Shown: positions 1 through 10,543 of the stretch, in pieces
Numbering within the stretch: position 1 is the first letter of the stretch
Layout of the letters: each line of letters opens with the position of its first letter
Assembly: GCA_963703285.1 (NCBI GenBank)
Contig: OY969807.1
Coordinates: forward strand, 2,176,001 to 2,240,000
From: an uncultured Nitrososphaerota archaeon
Lineage (GTDB): Archaea; Thermoproteota; Nitrososphaeria; Nitrososphaerales; Gagatemarchaeaceae
Length of the DNA: 64,000 nt
Direction of reading: 5' to 3'
Program-made: the position numbers and the translations under genes
The notes under the pieces: model-generated
The model's input: only the letters and a program-made list of their open reading frames with translations
Databases searched by the model: none
What the model was told of the DNA's origin: nothing

Positions 1-2
1 AA

Positions 3-776
3 GACTCGAACTACCCGCAGACGGTGGGCCTCCAGTCGTGCGTCTCATACGGCGGCTACGTCTATTGCGTGGGGGGCTCCTACGACGATGCTGGGGATGA
101 CATTAGCTCGAGCTACTACGCCCCGCTGTCCAGCTCCACCGTAGGTTCGTGGGCACCCACCACGGCCTACCCCGTCCCGATAGACAGTCAGACGTGCGCG
201 GCAGCCTCCGGTTACGTCTACTGCCTGGCGGGAGAGAACGAGACGGACGGAACCAACTCCACTGTGACCCCCAGCAACTCGGCTTACTACGCGCCCCTCT
301 CCTCCACGGGAATCGGTGCCTGGGTTCACACCACGGCGTACCCGCAAGCCGTGTCCTTCGAGGATTGCGCCGCCTCGGCTAGCGACATATTCTGCGTCGG
401 GGGACTCGACATCAACGGCAACGGGGTCAGCGACGTCTACTACGCCCCCATCTCGGCCTCGGGCATCGGTCAGTGGTCGTCCACTAACGCCTATCCCTTC
501 CTGGCGTACGGGCAGACCTGCGTCGTATCCTCCTCGAGCATAATTTGCGTAGGCGGTATTCCGAACGGGACTACGTCTGCGTCCGACAGCGTCTACTCGG
601 CGCCCATCTCCGCGAGCGGCGTCGGGACGTGGCATCGCGCGCCGAACTACCCGGTCGGCGTGGAGACGGCGTGTGCCGTGGCCGCGGGGAACCTGTACTG
701 CGTCGGGGGCTATCAGGACAGCTCCACGATATCTTATGCGACCTACTACGCGACGGTCCAGTCCCTGCTGGGCTAG
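3..776 (+). CDS. Kelch-like Cys-rich beta-propeller repeat protein (5' partial), probably extracellular
   Basis: Frame open from window edge; ~5 repeats of C-x5-Y/IxCVGG...YYAP(L/I)S-x2-G(I/V)GxW-x4-YP. Confidence 0.75.
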   Translation, partial: DSNYPQTVGLQSCVSYGGYVYCVGGSYDDAGDDISSSYYAPLSSSTVGSWAPTTAYPVPIDSQTCAAASGYVYCLAGENETDGTNSTVTPSNSAYYAPLSSTGIGAWVHTTAYPQAVSFEDCAASASDIFCVGGLDINGNGVSDVYYAPISASGIGQWSSTNAYPFLAYGQTCVVSSSSIICVGGIPNGTTSASDSVYSAPISASGVGTWHRAPNYPVGVETACAVAAGNLYCVGGYQDSSTISYATYYATVQSLLG

Positions 777-807
777 GCTGACCAAGACCCGGGCGACCCG
801 GACGGCG

Positions 808-2947
808 TCATCTCGTCGCCTCTTCCTTGATCTTCCTCGCGACCGTTGGACCGATCTTCTCGACGCCCGCGAGCCTCTCCGCGCTAGCCTCCCTGATCGA
901 CTTCAGGGTGGTGAAGCCCGCCGAGTAGAGCGAGCGCGCCCTCGCCCTCCCGACGCCCTCGAGCTTCGTGAGCTCGACGAGCTCTCCCCTTATGCCGCTC
1001 TGGACCCGCTTCCGGAGGAACTCGGCCTCCTTGATCAGCTCGTGCTTACCGTAGAGCCTGGCCAGCTCCGAGAGGCAGTAGAGGAGCCAGTCCGCGTTCT
1101 CCACCGCCCGGTGGAGGTCCCCGGGCTCGACCCCGAGCTTCTCCAGTATAGCGTCGTCCCTCCACTCCTGTATCCACGAGTCGATCACCATGACCGTCCG
1201 CATCTCCTGGAGCAGGTCGTCGAGGTCGAGGCGAGACGAGGAGCCGCCCTCGGTGATGAAGGACCCCCGGTTGGCATCCAGGAACTCGTAGGCCTGGTCG
1301 TACTGCTTCTCGCGGAGGGGGAACTTCGGCTCGAAGTCGGGGCTCCTCGTGAACAGGTGTATCAGGCCCAGAGTGTGGTCCTCCGTCTTCTCGATGGCTC
1401 CCATGCTCTTCCTGAAGAGGACCCCGGTCATAGGGTCGATGTACAGCGTGGAGACCCTCTTCCCGAATCCGGTCGCATGGAAGACGCCGCTCTTGTCGAG
1501 GATGAGCCCCTCGCTGAGGAGGTACCCGAGCGCCGTGTCGATGTGCCTGCCCACCCTCTCGGCCCCCACCTGCGCCGCCAGCAGCGTCTTGGAGAAGAGG
1601 TCCTCGATCTGTGCCCTCGAGGACCCGAAGCTGCTCGCGATCGCCGCCAGGAGGTGTATCCGCATCCCCCTCTCCCCCCCAAGCCCCGACTCGATTGGCT
1701 CCGGCTCAGACTTGGTGAAGTGCTCGAGGACGTCCAACGGCACGTAGGTCGAGGGAGGGACGATCACCGCCTCGCCGTGGTCGTCGTACTGGGGCCGGCC
1801 CGCGCGCCCTGCCATCTGCCTGTACTCCAGGACCGATATCATCGAGTTCATCCCCGTCTCGACGTCGTAGCGCCCCAGGTCCGCGATGACGACCCTCCTC
1901 GCGGGGATGTTCACGCCCGCGGCAAGCGTGGGAGTGCTGGACAGGACCTTTATCGCCCTCAGCCTGTAGTAGTCCTCGATTATCTTCCTGTGCTCGTAGG
2001 CCAGGCCGGCGTGGTGGAAGGCCGAGCCCCTCTCGACTATCTCCGCCAGGAGCCTGCTCAGCCCGGTCTCCTCCCCGCTGTCGCGTATCCTCGACGCCGC
2101 CTCCCGGCAGAGGCCCCGCTCCGGCTCGCTCAGGAACCTCGAGGTAAGCTCAGATGCCTTTGTCGCCAGGCTCACAGCCCTCCGCCTCGTGCCCGCGAAG
2201 ATCAGCGACTGACCTCCTCCCTTCACGGAGTCTATCGCCACGTCGATGGGCGGCCCCTGGTTCGACCTGACGACGGGGACCTCGCTGTCCGGGTTGAAGA
2301 TTATCCTCCCGTAGTCGTAGACCCCCTCCCTGAGGGGGACGGGCCTCCAGTCCACAGCTACAAGGTCCGACCTGAGCCAACGCGCTATCTCGCCGGAGTT
2401 GCTTATGGTCGCCGAGAGCGATATGAGCTGGGCGCCGAGGCCGAGGTGGATCACCTTCGTCAGAATCATCTCGAGGGTGGGTCCCCTGTCGCCGCTCCCC
2501 GCGAGATGGACCTCGTCTGAGACGAAGAGGCCCACGGAACGAAGCCAGCTGACGCCGTGGCGTGAGGATCGAGTCGAACTTCTCGTTCGTGAGCACGAGG
2601 AAGTCGAACCTGCCCAGAGCCTCGCCGCTCCCGTCGAAGTCCCCCGTCGCTATGGCGCACCTTATCCCGAACCGCTCGAGCTTCTTGAACTCCGCGTACT
2701 TCTCGGAGGCTAGCGCCCGGAGGGGGCTGAGGTAGACGACCTTCCTCCCCTCCTTCAGCTTCTTGTAGGCGGCCATCATTGCGATGAGCGTCTTCCCCGA
2801 GGCCGTCGGGGACGCGATGACGAGGTTCTTCCCCTCCAGGAGCCCTGCCTTGACGGCGGCCTCCTGCGGCGGGTACAGCTCCCTGAACCCTTCCTCCGCC
2901 AGGAAGGCGGAGAACTCGCTGGGAAGGCCCAGGTCTTCGAAGTTCAT
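808..2947 (-). CDS. hel308: Ski2-like DNA helicase Hel308/Hjm (one apparent +1 error near 2562)
   Basis: ASPTASGKT, DEVH, FHHAGL, QMAGRAGRP and C-terminal HhH; two ORFs joined by removing one base (ATC CTC [A] CGC CAC). Confidence 0.92.
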
Positions 2948-2962
2948 GCGACCAGCCCGGTT

Positions 2963-5900
2963 CTAGGCTTGCACCCTTCTGTAGAACCCTGGCTTGTTCT
3001 CCCAGATTATCCCTTCCTTGATGAGCTTCTGAATCATGCTTGTCGACCTCGTCGTCGTTCTTGAACCTCCCGGTCTTGTTCAGCTCCTCCCTGAAGAGCT
3101 TGAGCTCCACCGGCTTCTTGTCCTGCCCCTCCATCGTCCTGAAGATGTCCATCGAGGTCGAGAGCTTCCCCCTCTCTCCGGCGGGCTGCCCTATCAGTAT
3201 CCCGAAGTCCGCCTTCGTCTTCGTCTCGGTGTCCGTGAGGACGTCCTCGACCATCCTGTTCATGAGCGAGATGGCCGTCGAGCGCGTCCTCCTCCAGGAC
3301 CAGCTCCCTGAGCATCAGCCTGGCCTTGGCGCTCGAGAGCCGGATGAGCGACTCTAGGGTCCTCGGCGTCGCGCCGATCTGCCCCTCGGCGACGCTCCTC
3401 CTGAGCTGGAGGTAGTACTCCTTCAGGCGGTTCTCCGCCTCCTTGGTGAGCGTCGGCGAGATCTTCTTCGCGTAGGCGATGTACTTCTTCATGAGGTCGA
3501 ACTGGACCGGGGGAGGCTCGCTGTAGCCCCTCCGCCTGTGGACGTCGAGTATGTGCGTTGCGAGCCTCTCGTCCTGGGCGGGGCTGGGGTTGTCCTTGAT
3601 CACGAAGATGAGGTCGAACCTGGTCAGCAGGGGGATGGGGAGCGTTACGTTGTCGGTGAGGTTCTTGTACGCATCGTACTTCCCGAAGATGGGGTTGGCG
3701 GCCGCAAGGATCGAGGTCCGCGCGTTGAGCGTGGCGTAGATCCCCCCCTTTGCTATGGTGACTGTGTTGTGCAGGATCACGCCAGCCGAGACGAAGTTGT
3801 GGCTCGGTTCGACCGTGACGTCGTACGTCCACTCGACCTTCTCGGGTCCGGAATTATCGACGCGTTCGATGCCTGTAACCCTGAGGAAACGCAGCCTCAT
3901 GAGACCATTTAGATGTGACATGATATCGACAGACTCGAACTGCATCCTGAGTGCCGCCCTGACTCTGGTCACGACGTTCCGCCTCTCCTCTCTTGTGTAG
4001 CCCCCACGCTCAGCATAGTCTATCGCCCCTCGCGGGATGCCCGCCAGGTCCGCCAGTCTCTGCTGCGACCATCCCGACGCTTTGCGCAGCTCCCGAAGAG
4101 AACATGTGCTCTCATCCAACTTATGAAGCACACTGATGCGTCTCCGCTCCAGCGATTGGAGGCGGTTCGCCATCACCAAGACGGTGATCCCATGCCCAGA
4201 CGACAAATGCCTGTGGAATTCTCCGTCGTATCGGAGACCGAGCTGCTTGAGGAGGGAGATGTACATCCTCGCTGCGTTCGCAGGCAATACGTCGTGCTTG
4301 CGATTGTGCCTCCCGCTCCTCTGTACGAGCCTGCTGATCGCGCCGTATCTAGGGTCCAGAGGATGCACCACCGTTGCGAAGAACTTCTCTAGGGAGTCCC
4401 CGGTTATGTAGACCTTGAAAGAATCGTTGGAGCGGTCGACGTTTATCCTCGATGCAACCCCGAGCTTTAGCAGAAGGTCCTGATAGTCCTCCGCCAGTCC
4501 CTGCGAAGCCGTCCTGTAGCAGACTGCTTCGGTCTCCACGCTACCGTCTCCGAGGAATGCCGAGGTCAGGAACTCGTTGATGTGCGCGACAGATGCTCCA
4601 AGTATCTTTGCGGGGGCCCTCTTCTGCCTAGCTTTGTGAACCATTTCCGGGAAGTTGAGCCGGAGCCACGCGTGAAGGGTTGTCGAGACGTATCGGAGGC
4701 CCGCGTCCCTGCCTTCCGACTTCCTGAGGGTCGGTTCAATCTTGAACTCGTCCCGCATCAACCCTCGCATCTCGTCGAGCAGCCGTAGATCAAGATTCGT
4801 GAAATCGACCTCCACCGAAGACCCCTCGTAGAAGTTCCCCTCCGAGATCAGGTATCCTAGGATCCTGGCAGTCCTGAGTGAGAGGGTCGAGGGCTGGGCT
4901 ATCTCCTTCCTTTGCGGCGTAGTGGCCTGTTCCGTAAGCTGCACGGGGAGCGAGGAGTTTGGAATCGACCTCGGGGCGGGGGCGAAATCTCCAACCTGCA
5001 GGTCCTCGGCCTTCACGGTGGCGATGCCGGCGTCGCGGTAGACGAACACGGGGTGTTCAGGCGTTACCAAGATGGACCTTCCGTTCGTGTAACTTATCCT
5101 CACGAAGTATCTTGGAGCCTTGTGCCGGCTGACGCAATCGATAGGCGTCTTTGCGATGCTTCCGTCGCTCAGGCTCGCAGAGAACAGCTGAACCGGGCGT
5201 CCAAGCCGTGCGACCTCACAGTACTGTCCCTTTACCGTCCTGGTATCCTTTTCACGGAGCGCGCCTTCGACGAAGTCACCTATCCTCACCTTCCTTCCAT
5301 CCGAGAGCAGAATCTCGGTGGAAGGGTGGTACGACTGCTGCTCCATCTGCTCATGGAGGGCGCTGCGGTCGTCCTCCTTCATCTTGTCAAATTCGTCTAT
5401 GCAGGCGATTCCTTGGTCCGCCAAGACCACCACTCCCGCCTCAAGCATGAACGTGTTCTTCTCGCGTATGACCGCCGCCGACAGACCCGCAGCCGTCGAA
5501 CCCTTGCCACTGGCGAACATCCCTCTCGGAGCGACCTGGGCTGCGAACTTCAGCATCTCCGACTTGGCCACGCCCGGGTCGCCGACGACGAAGACGTTGA
5601 TGTCACCCCTCAGCTTCGTCCCGTCAGGAAGTATGGTCTGCGGCCCTCCGACGAGGAGCAGCAGTATCGCCTCCTTCACCGCCTCGTGCCCGAGTATCGC
5701 CGGCGCGACCGACCTTATGAGCCTCTGGTAGGCGTCCGGGTTCGCGGCCACGCTCCTGATCAGGAACTCGTCCTCCTTCGTGATCTGGATCTGGCCTGGG
5801 TCCTTCCCAGCGACCTCGATGAGGTTGGCCTCGATCTTCGACCTGAAGACCCTCGTCCTCGCCTGCCCAGGCGTGATGTCGGGCTCCGCCCTTACTACGC

Positions 5901-6582
5901 CGCTGAGCACTATCCTGTCTCCTGGCCGCGCGGTGTTCACGATGTCCCCAATCACGTCGACGTCGAAGAAACGGGGAAGCTGTCCCGGCGGCAGCTCCTC
6001 GGGAAGCTCCTGCACCCTCAGGATCTGGCTGTCGATAAAGGAGCTCTTCTTCTCGTCCAGGGCCAGGTTCCTCGTCTCCTCGCACCCGTCGCACTTCAGG
6101 GGGTGCTTTATGACGAAGCCGTCTTGGAGGACCTTTGTGATGTGTCCGTTGGGGCAGACGAAGGCCCCGTCGGTGAGCAGCGGCCTGAGCTCCGAGCTCC
6201 GGACCACCATCCCGGCGACGGCGATCATCTTGTCGAGGTGGGAGGTGTTCACCTTTCGTAGCGAGATCTTGTCGGTGATCCCCCTTATCCTGACCTCGAG
6301 GGCGCCCTGCACCTGCACAGCGTAGGAGGCGTTCTCCGTGCTTAGGACCTCGAAGGCCGCCGTCTTGAACTCCCTCAGCGAGTCGTCGGGCTGCGAGAGC
6401 AGCCTCTCGCCGAGGTCGGTGTTGAACTGTATGATGTCCTCGTAGTCGACCACGACCGAGCTCTCGCCGGTGGCCGCGAGCTGCGCCATCCTCTCCCTGT
6501 ACTTGTAGGTCCCTCCCTTATCCTGCCACGTCCTCAGGAACTCCTCGAAGAGCTCAGACAGCTTCCGCGTTATCACGGCCAT
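2963..6582 (-). CDS. mcm: MCM replicative helicase, intein-containing (two apparent +1 errors near 3280 and 3038 in the C-terminal region)
   Basis: Zn finger, GDPGVAKS Walker A, CIDEFDKM Walker B, AAANP, LLTRFDL; corrected C-terminus ...GIIWENKPGFYRRVQA. Confidence 0.95.
3766..5334 (-). mobile_element. Intein (523 aa) in MCM with LAGLIDADG homing endonuclease and XRE-type HTH
   Basis: Interrupts MEQQ|TVTIAK; starts SYHPSTEILL, block B VTPEHP, LAGLIDADG-like LGYLISEG and AFLGDGS, ends YDVTV..HNFVSAGVILHN before Thr; codon usage differs from the host gene. Confidence 0.95.
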
Positions 6583-7150
6583 CTAGGACTCCCCCAGCAA
6601 CGCGCTCTTCCACTCATCGGAGGCCGACCGCGAGGCAGTAAAAAAGACCCTCTCCTCCGGAGTTATCTTGTCCCCGACCGACTGAAGGCTCGCGGAGGAG
6701 CTCATAGAGAGCAGCTTGGACAGCCTGCGGCCAATAAGGTCGTAGCACGTCTGCCTCAGCCTCTCGTAGTCTTCCCTCCTGTACCTCCCCTTCTCCGACC
6801 CCTCCCTTATCGCCGCGAGCCTCCTGCGCATCCTCAGGTAGAAGTTGGCCTGGAGGGGCGAGAGCTGCGGGGCGCTCAGCATCTTCTCCCTGGTGAGTGC
6901 CTTGAAGATCTCGGTCTCGAACGGCTCCTCTTCTATCTCGGCTATGCTTCAGTTCGGCCAGCTCCTCGGCGACCCACCGGGGAAGCTCCGCCGCCTCGCC
7001 CTGCCTCATCTTCGGGATGGCCACGTCGCCCACCTCCATTCCGTCGAAGGAGGACTTGGCGCTCACCCTCACTGGGGCGAGCAAGAACTCCCGCTCGCGC
7101 CGCATGAAAAGTTCGGTGATGACCTTCCCGCCTTCTCCAACAGAGCTCAA
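6583..7150 (-). CDS. gins23: GINS subunit (Gins23/Psf2-like; apparent +1 error near 6946)
   Basis: ELPRWVAEEL B-domain motif, LSPLQANFY, R-x2-KLL, ITPEE; directly upstream of mcm. Confidence 0.8.
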
Positions 7151-7206
7151 GGCAATCTCCTAGCAGGGAAAATCCGAGACGTTCAATGGATTAAATAAGT
7201 GTATAT

Positions 7207-8187
7207 CTAGAAATCGACCCATCCGCCGACCCCGGACTTCACCGCGCTCGAATAGACCATCCATCCGACCGCGTTGTCCTCGAAGGCGAGCCCGACAGCC
7301 TTGAAGACGGTGACCTCCGAATCGTCGCGCCTCCCTCCCACGCTCCCGGACACCAGGCCCGCGAGGTCGCCCCGCACCCGCTCCCTGGAGATGGCTCCTT
7401 CCCGGATGGGTATCAGGACGTCCCCCGCCTCCTCCATCGCCGCCTCGACCGAGTCGACGTAGAGCGATGCCTTCGAGACCAGGCTCGTCCCGAGCTCCCT
7501 GGCGTCGGGGGTGTACGCGCCGATGGCTATGACGTGGGTCCCGGGGCGCACGTCGTCGGCGTCGAGGAGCGGGTTCTTCGAGGTGGTAGCCGTGACGACC
7601 ACGTCCGCCCGGGAGGCCGCGTCCCTGACCGTGTCGCTGGCGGACGCCTCAAGCCGAAGCTCCTTCTCGCACCTCTCCACGAGCCTCTTCTGCCTCCCCC
7701 TGTCTACGTCGAAGATCGAGACCCTCCTTATCCCCAGCTGTGACGCGACACCGCCTATCTGGAAGAAACCCTGCCCCCCGGCGCCTATCATCGCCAGGCT
7801 CTCGGAGTCCCTCCTCGCGAGATACCGACAGGAGAGACCGGAGACCGCCCCAGTCCTGATGCCTGTGAGGCCGGTGCCCCCCATGATGCACTTGATCTGC
7901 CCGTCCTTGCCGTCTATCAGCAGGAGGACGGCGCGGGTGGAGGGCACGTCCCTCCCCAGGTCGGGGTAGACGCTTACGATCTTGAGGCTCGCCGTCTCGC
8001 GCCTCTCCCTGATCAGGGACGGCATGAGCAGGATGTTCCTCACGTCCGACATGCGGAACCTCGTCCGTGTTGGTGACTCTACGCTGCCGCTCGGAACGAG
8101 CTGGAACGCCCTCTGAAGCTCATCCACCGATCCCCGCATGTCTGCCAGGGAGAGCACCTGTTCGTCAGTGAGCGTGAGGATTCTCAA
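7207..8187 (-). CDS. Ornithine cyclodeaminase/mu-crystallin family protein
   Basis: LTGIRTGAVSG, GAGGQG, VFKAVGLAFED; likely TTG start at 8187. Confidence 0.88.
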   Translation of the reverse strand: MRILTLTDEQVLSLADMRGSVDELQRAFQLVPSGSVESPTRTRFRMSDVRNILLMPSLIRERRETASLKIVSVYPDLGRDVPSTRAVLLLIDGKDGQIKCIMGGTGLTGIRTGAVSGLSCRYLARRDSESLAMIGAGGQGFFQIGGVASQLGIRRVSIFDVDRGRQKRLVERCEKELRLEASASDTVRDAASRADVVVTATTSKNPLLDADDVRPGTHVIAIGAYTPDARELGTSLVSKASLYVDSVEAAMEEAGDVLIPIREGAISRERVRGDLAGLVSGSVGGRRDDSEVTVFKAVGLAFEDNAVGWMVYSSAVKSGVGGWVDF

Positions 8188-8298
8188 GGCCGGCCCGCGT
8201 GTCGGTTCCCCCTCCACGACCCTATTTATGCAGCCCGCGACGTCTTGAGGTGCTTTATTATATCCTGATTCCGGGCGATGTGACATCATGCTCCTTCG

Positions 8299-9270
8299 GT
8301 GGTGTCAACCGGAATGCCGATAGAGGACCTGATGTGGGTCGAGAAGTACAGACCACACAACCTAGACGATGTCGTCAACCAGACCGAGGTCAAGGTCAGG
8401 CTGGGCCCCCTGCTGGAGAAGCAGCAGCAGATGCCCCACCTGCTGTTCGCCGGCCCGCCCGGGACTGGGAAGACGACCGTAGCGCAGATAGTCGCCGAGA
8501 AGATACTGGGAGACCTGAAGTCGGACTACACGCTCTCGCTCAACGCGAGCGACGAGCGAGGCATCAACACGGTAAGGGAGCGAGTCAAGACCTTCGCGAG
8601 CTACTCCGACAGGAGGGAGGGCGTGCCGTTCAGGCTCGTCATACTCGACGAGAGCGACGAGATGACCCGTGACGCCCAGACCGCTCTAAGGCGCATCATG
8701 GAGGAGAGCTCGCGGTTCACGAGGTTCATACTCATCTGCAACTACACGTCCAACATAATCGAGCCCATCCAGAGCAGGTGCGCCATCTTCAGGTTCCAGA
8801 GGATCGGCGCCGAGGAGGTCGTGGGCTACCTCAAGAAGATAGCCAAGAGCGAGAAGATCAAGGCGAGCGAGAAGGTCCTGGAATCCATCTACGAGGCCAC
8901 CAACGGGGACCTGAGGCAGGCGATCAACATCCTCCAGGCCGCCTGCTCCGAAGGGGAGGTGACCATCGAGACCGTCGACTCCGTGACCGGCGCGATGGTG
9001 AAGCAGAGGGCCGCCGAGATAATCAACCTCGCGCTCGACGGCGACTTCGGCGGGGCCAGGCAGAAGCTCGTGGAGCTCACCAGGGTCTACGGGATACCGG
9101 AGTCAGACTTCCTGCGCTACTCGAACGAGGCCATCGCCTCGACGGGCCAGCACCGGGCGGAGGCCATCAAGGTCCTCGCAGAGTACGATTACCGCCTCGT
9201 GATGGGCGCGAACCCGGAGATCCAGCTGACAGCGATGCTCGCCGAGCTGGCCGCCCTGAAGGGCAAGTGA
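8299..9270 (+). CDS. rfcS: Replication factor C small subunit
   Basis: WVEKYRP, GPPGTGKT, LNASDERG, IQSRC. Confidence 0.97.
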   Translation: MVSTGMPIEDLMWVEKYRPHNLDDVVNQTEVKVRLGPLLEKQQQMPHLLFAGPPGTGKTTVAQIVAEKILGDLKSDYTLSLNASDERGINTVRERVKTFASYSDRREGVPFRLVILDESDEMTRDAQTALRRIMEESSRFTRFILICNYTSNIIEPIQSRCAIFRFQRIGAEEVVGYLKKIAKSEKIKASEKVLESIYEATNGDLRQAINILQAACSEGEVTIETVDSVTGAMVKQRAAEIINLALDGDFGGARQKLVELTRVYGIPESDFLRYSNEAIASTGQHRAEAIKVLAEYDYRLVMGANPEIQLTAMLAELAALKGK

Positions 9271-9274
9271 CGGC

Positions 9275-10543
9275 ATGGACCTCTCCCTCCCCAGGGGCAT
9301 CCGAGATATAGACCCCGACGAGCACGAGCTCCACGACCGCATAAGGGCCGCCTTCGACGAGGTGGTGAGAGCCTACAACTTCAGGTCGATGGAACCCGCG
9401 CCGATCGAGACACTCTCGGTGCTGCGCGCCAAGAGCGGGACCCAGGTGGACGAGCAGATCTACCACTTCAAGGACAAAGCGGAGAGGGACATCGGCCTCA
9501 GGTTCGACCTCACGGTGGGGATGACGAGGTACGTTGCAGGGAAGAAGGGCCTCCGGCCCCCGGTCAAGCTCGCCTCCTACGGTGGGGTGTGGAGGTACGA
9601 CGAGCCGCAGCACGCCAGGTACCGGTGGTTCTACCAGTGGGACGTCGAGATCTTCGGCGACCCGACGACCGAGGCCGACGCCGAGGTGATGGACCTCTCC
9701 TACAACCTCTTCAAGAGGCTCGGCCTCGGGGATGTCACGCTCCACGTGGGCGACAGGAGGGTCGTCGAGGAGTACATCAGGAAGGCGCTCGGGGTCGCCT
9801 CTGAAGACCGCGCGCTCGAGATGATGAGGGCCCTGGACAAGGTGGGCAAGAAGACCGAGGAGGAGCTCATCCAGGAGTACGAGGCGAAGGGCGTGGGTCG
9901 CAGTGAGATGCGGGACCTCCTCGACTTCGGGAGGACGTCTGGGGAACCCGACGACGTCCTGGCTAGGCTCCAGGAGGACGGGCTCGAGTCAGCCGGCGGG
10001 CTGGCGGAGCTGAGGGACTCGCTCGCCCAGAGGAACGTCTCGAACGTGAGGTACGACCTGAGCATCGTCCGCGGCCTCGACTACTACACCGCGATCGTCT
10101 TCGAGGTGAAGGATGGTTCCCGCCCGGACCTAGGCTCGCTCTGCGGAGGGGGGCGGTTCGACGTCCTTCCGAGGATCTTCGGGAGGCCCGAGCTCTCCGC
10201 GACGGGCGCTGCGGGAGGCGTGGAGAGGATAGCTCTCTCCCTCGGCCCGAAGGTCGACCGTCCCCTCTCTGTCTACGTCGCCTACACCGAGCCCCAGCTC
10301 ATGAAGACCGCCCTCGGGGCCCTCGCGAAACTGAGGGAGGAAGGCATCAGGAGCGAGGTGGGGCCGCGTGGGAAGTCGCTCAGGAAGCAGCTCGAGGTGG
10401 CGGGCTCGTCCGGTTTCGACTGGGTCGTGCTCGTCGGCAGGAAGGAACTCGACTCAGGGAGCTTCCTCCTAAGGGATCTGAGGGACGGGAGGGAGATACT
10501 CGTCCCCGCTAAGGATTTCGTCTCGCACGTAAGAGCTAGATGA
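9275..10543 (+). CDS. hisS: Histidyl-tRNA synthetase
   Basis: PRGIRD, LRFDLT, VRGLDYYT, GGGRFD, anticodon domain. Confidence 0.96.
   Translation: MDLSLPRGIRDIDPDEHELHDRIRAAFDEVVRAYNFRSMEPAPIETLSVLRAKSGTQVDEQIYHFKDKAERDIGLRFDLTVGMTRYVAGKKGLRPPVKLASYGGVWRYDEPQHARYRWFYQWDVEIFGDPTTEADAEVMDLSYNLFKRLGLGDVTLHVGDRRVVEEYIRKALGVASEDRALEMMRALDKVGKKTEEELIQEYEAKGVGRSEMRDLLDFGRTSGEPDDVLARLQEDGLESAGGLAELRDSLAQRNVSNVRYDLSIVRGLDYYTAIVFEVKDGSRPDLGSLCGGGRFDVLPRIFGRPELSATGAAGGVERIALSLGPKVDRPLSVYVAYTEPQLMKTALGALAKLREEGIRSEVGPRGKSLRKQLEVAGSSGFDWVVLVGRKELDSGSFLLRDLRDGREILVPAKDFVSHVRAR

Noticed and set aside
673-2520. Long antisense and alternative-frame ORFs (e.g. 673-2520, 11553-13184, 37216-38916)
   Set aside because: Shadow ORFs expected from high GC3; they overlap well-identified genes and lack motifs.
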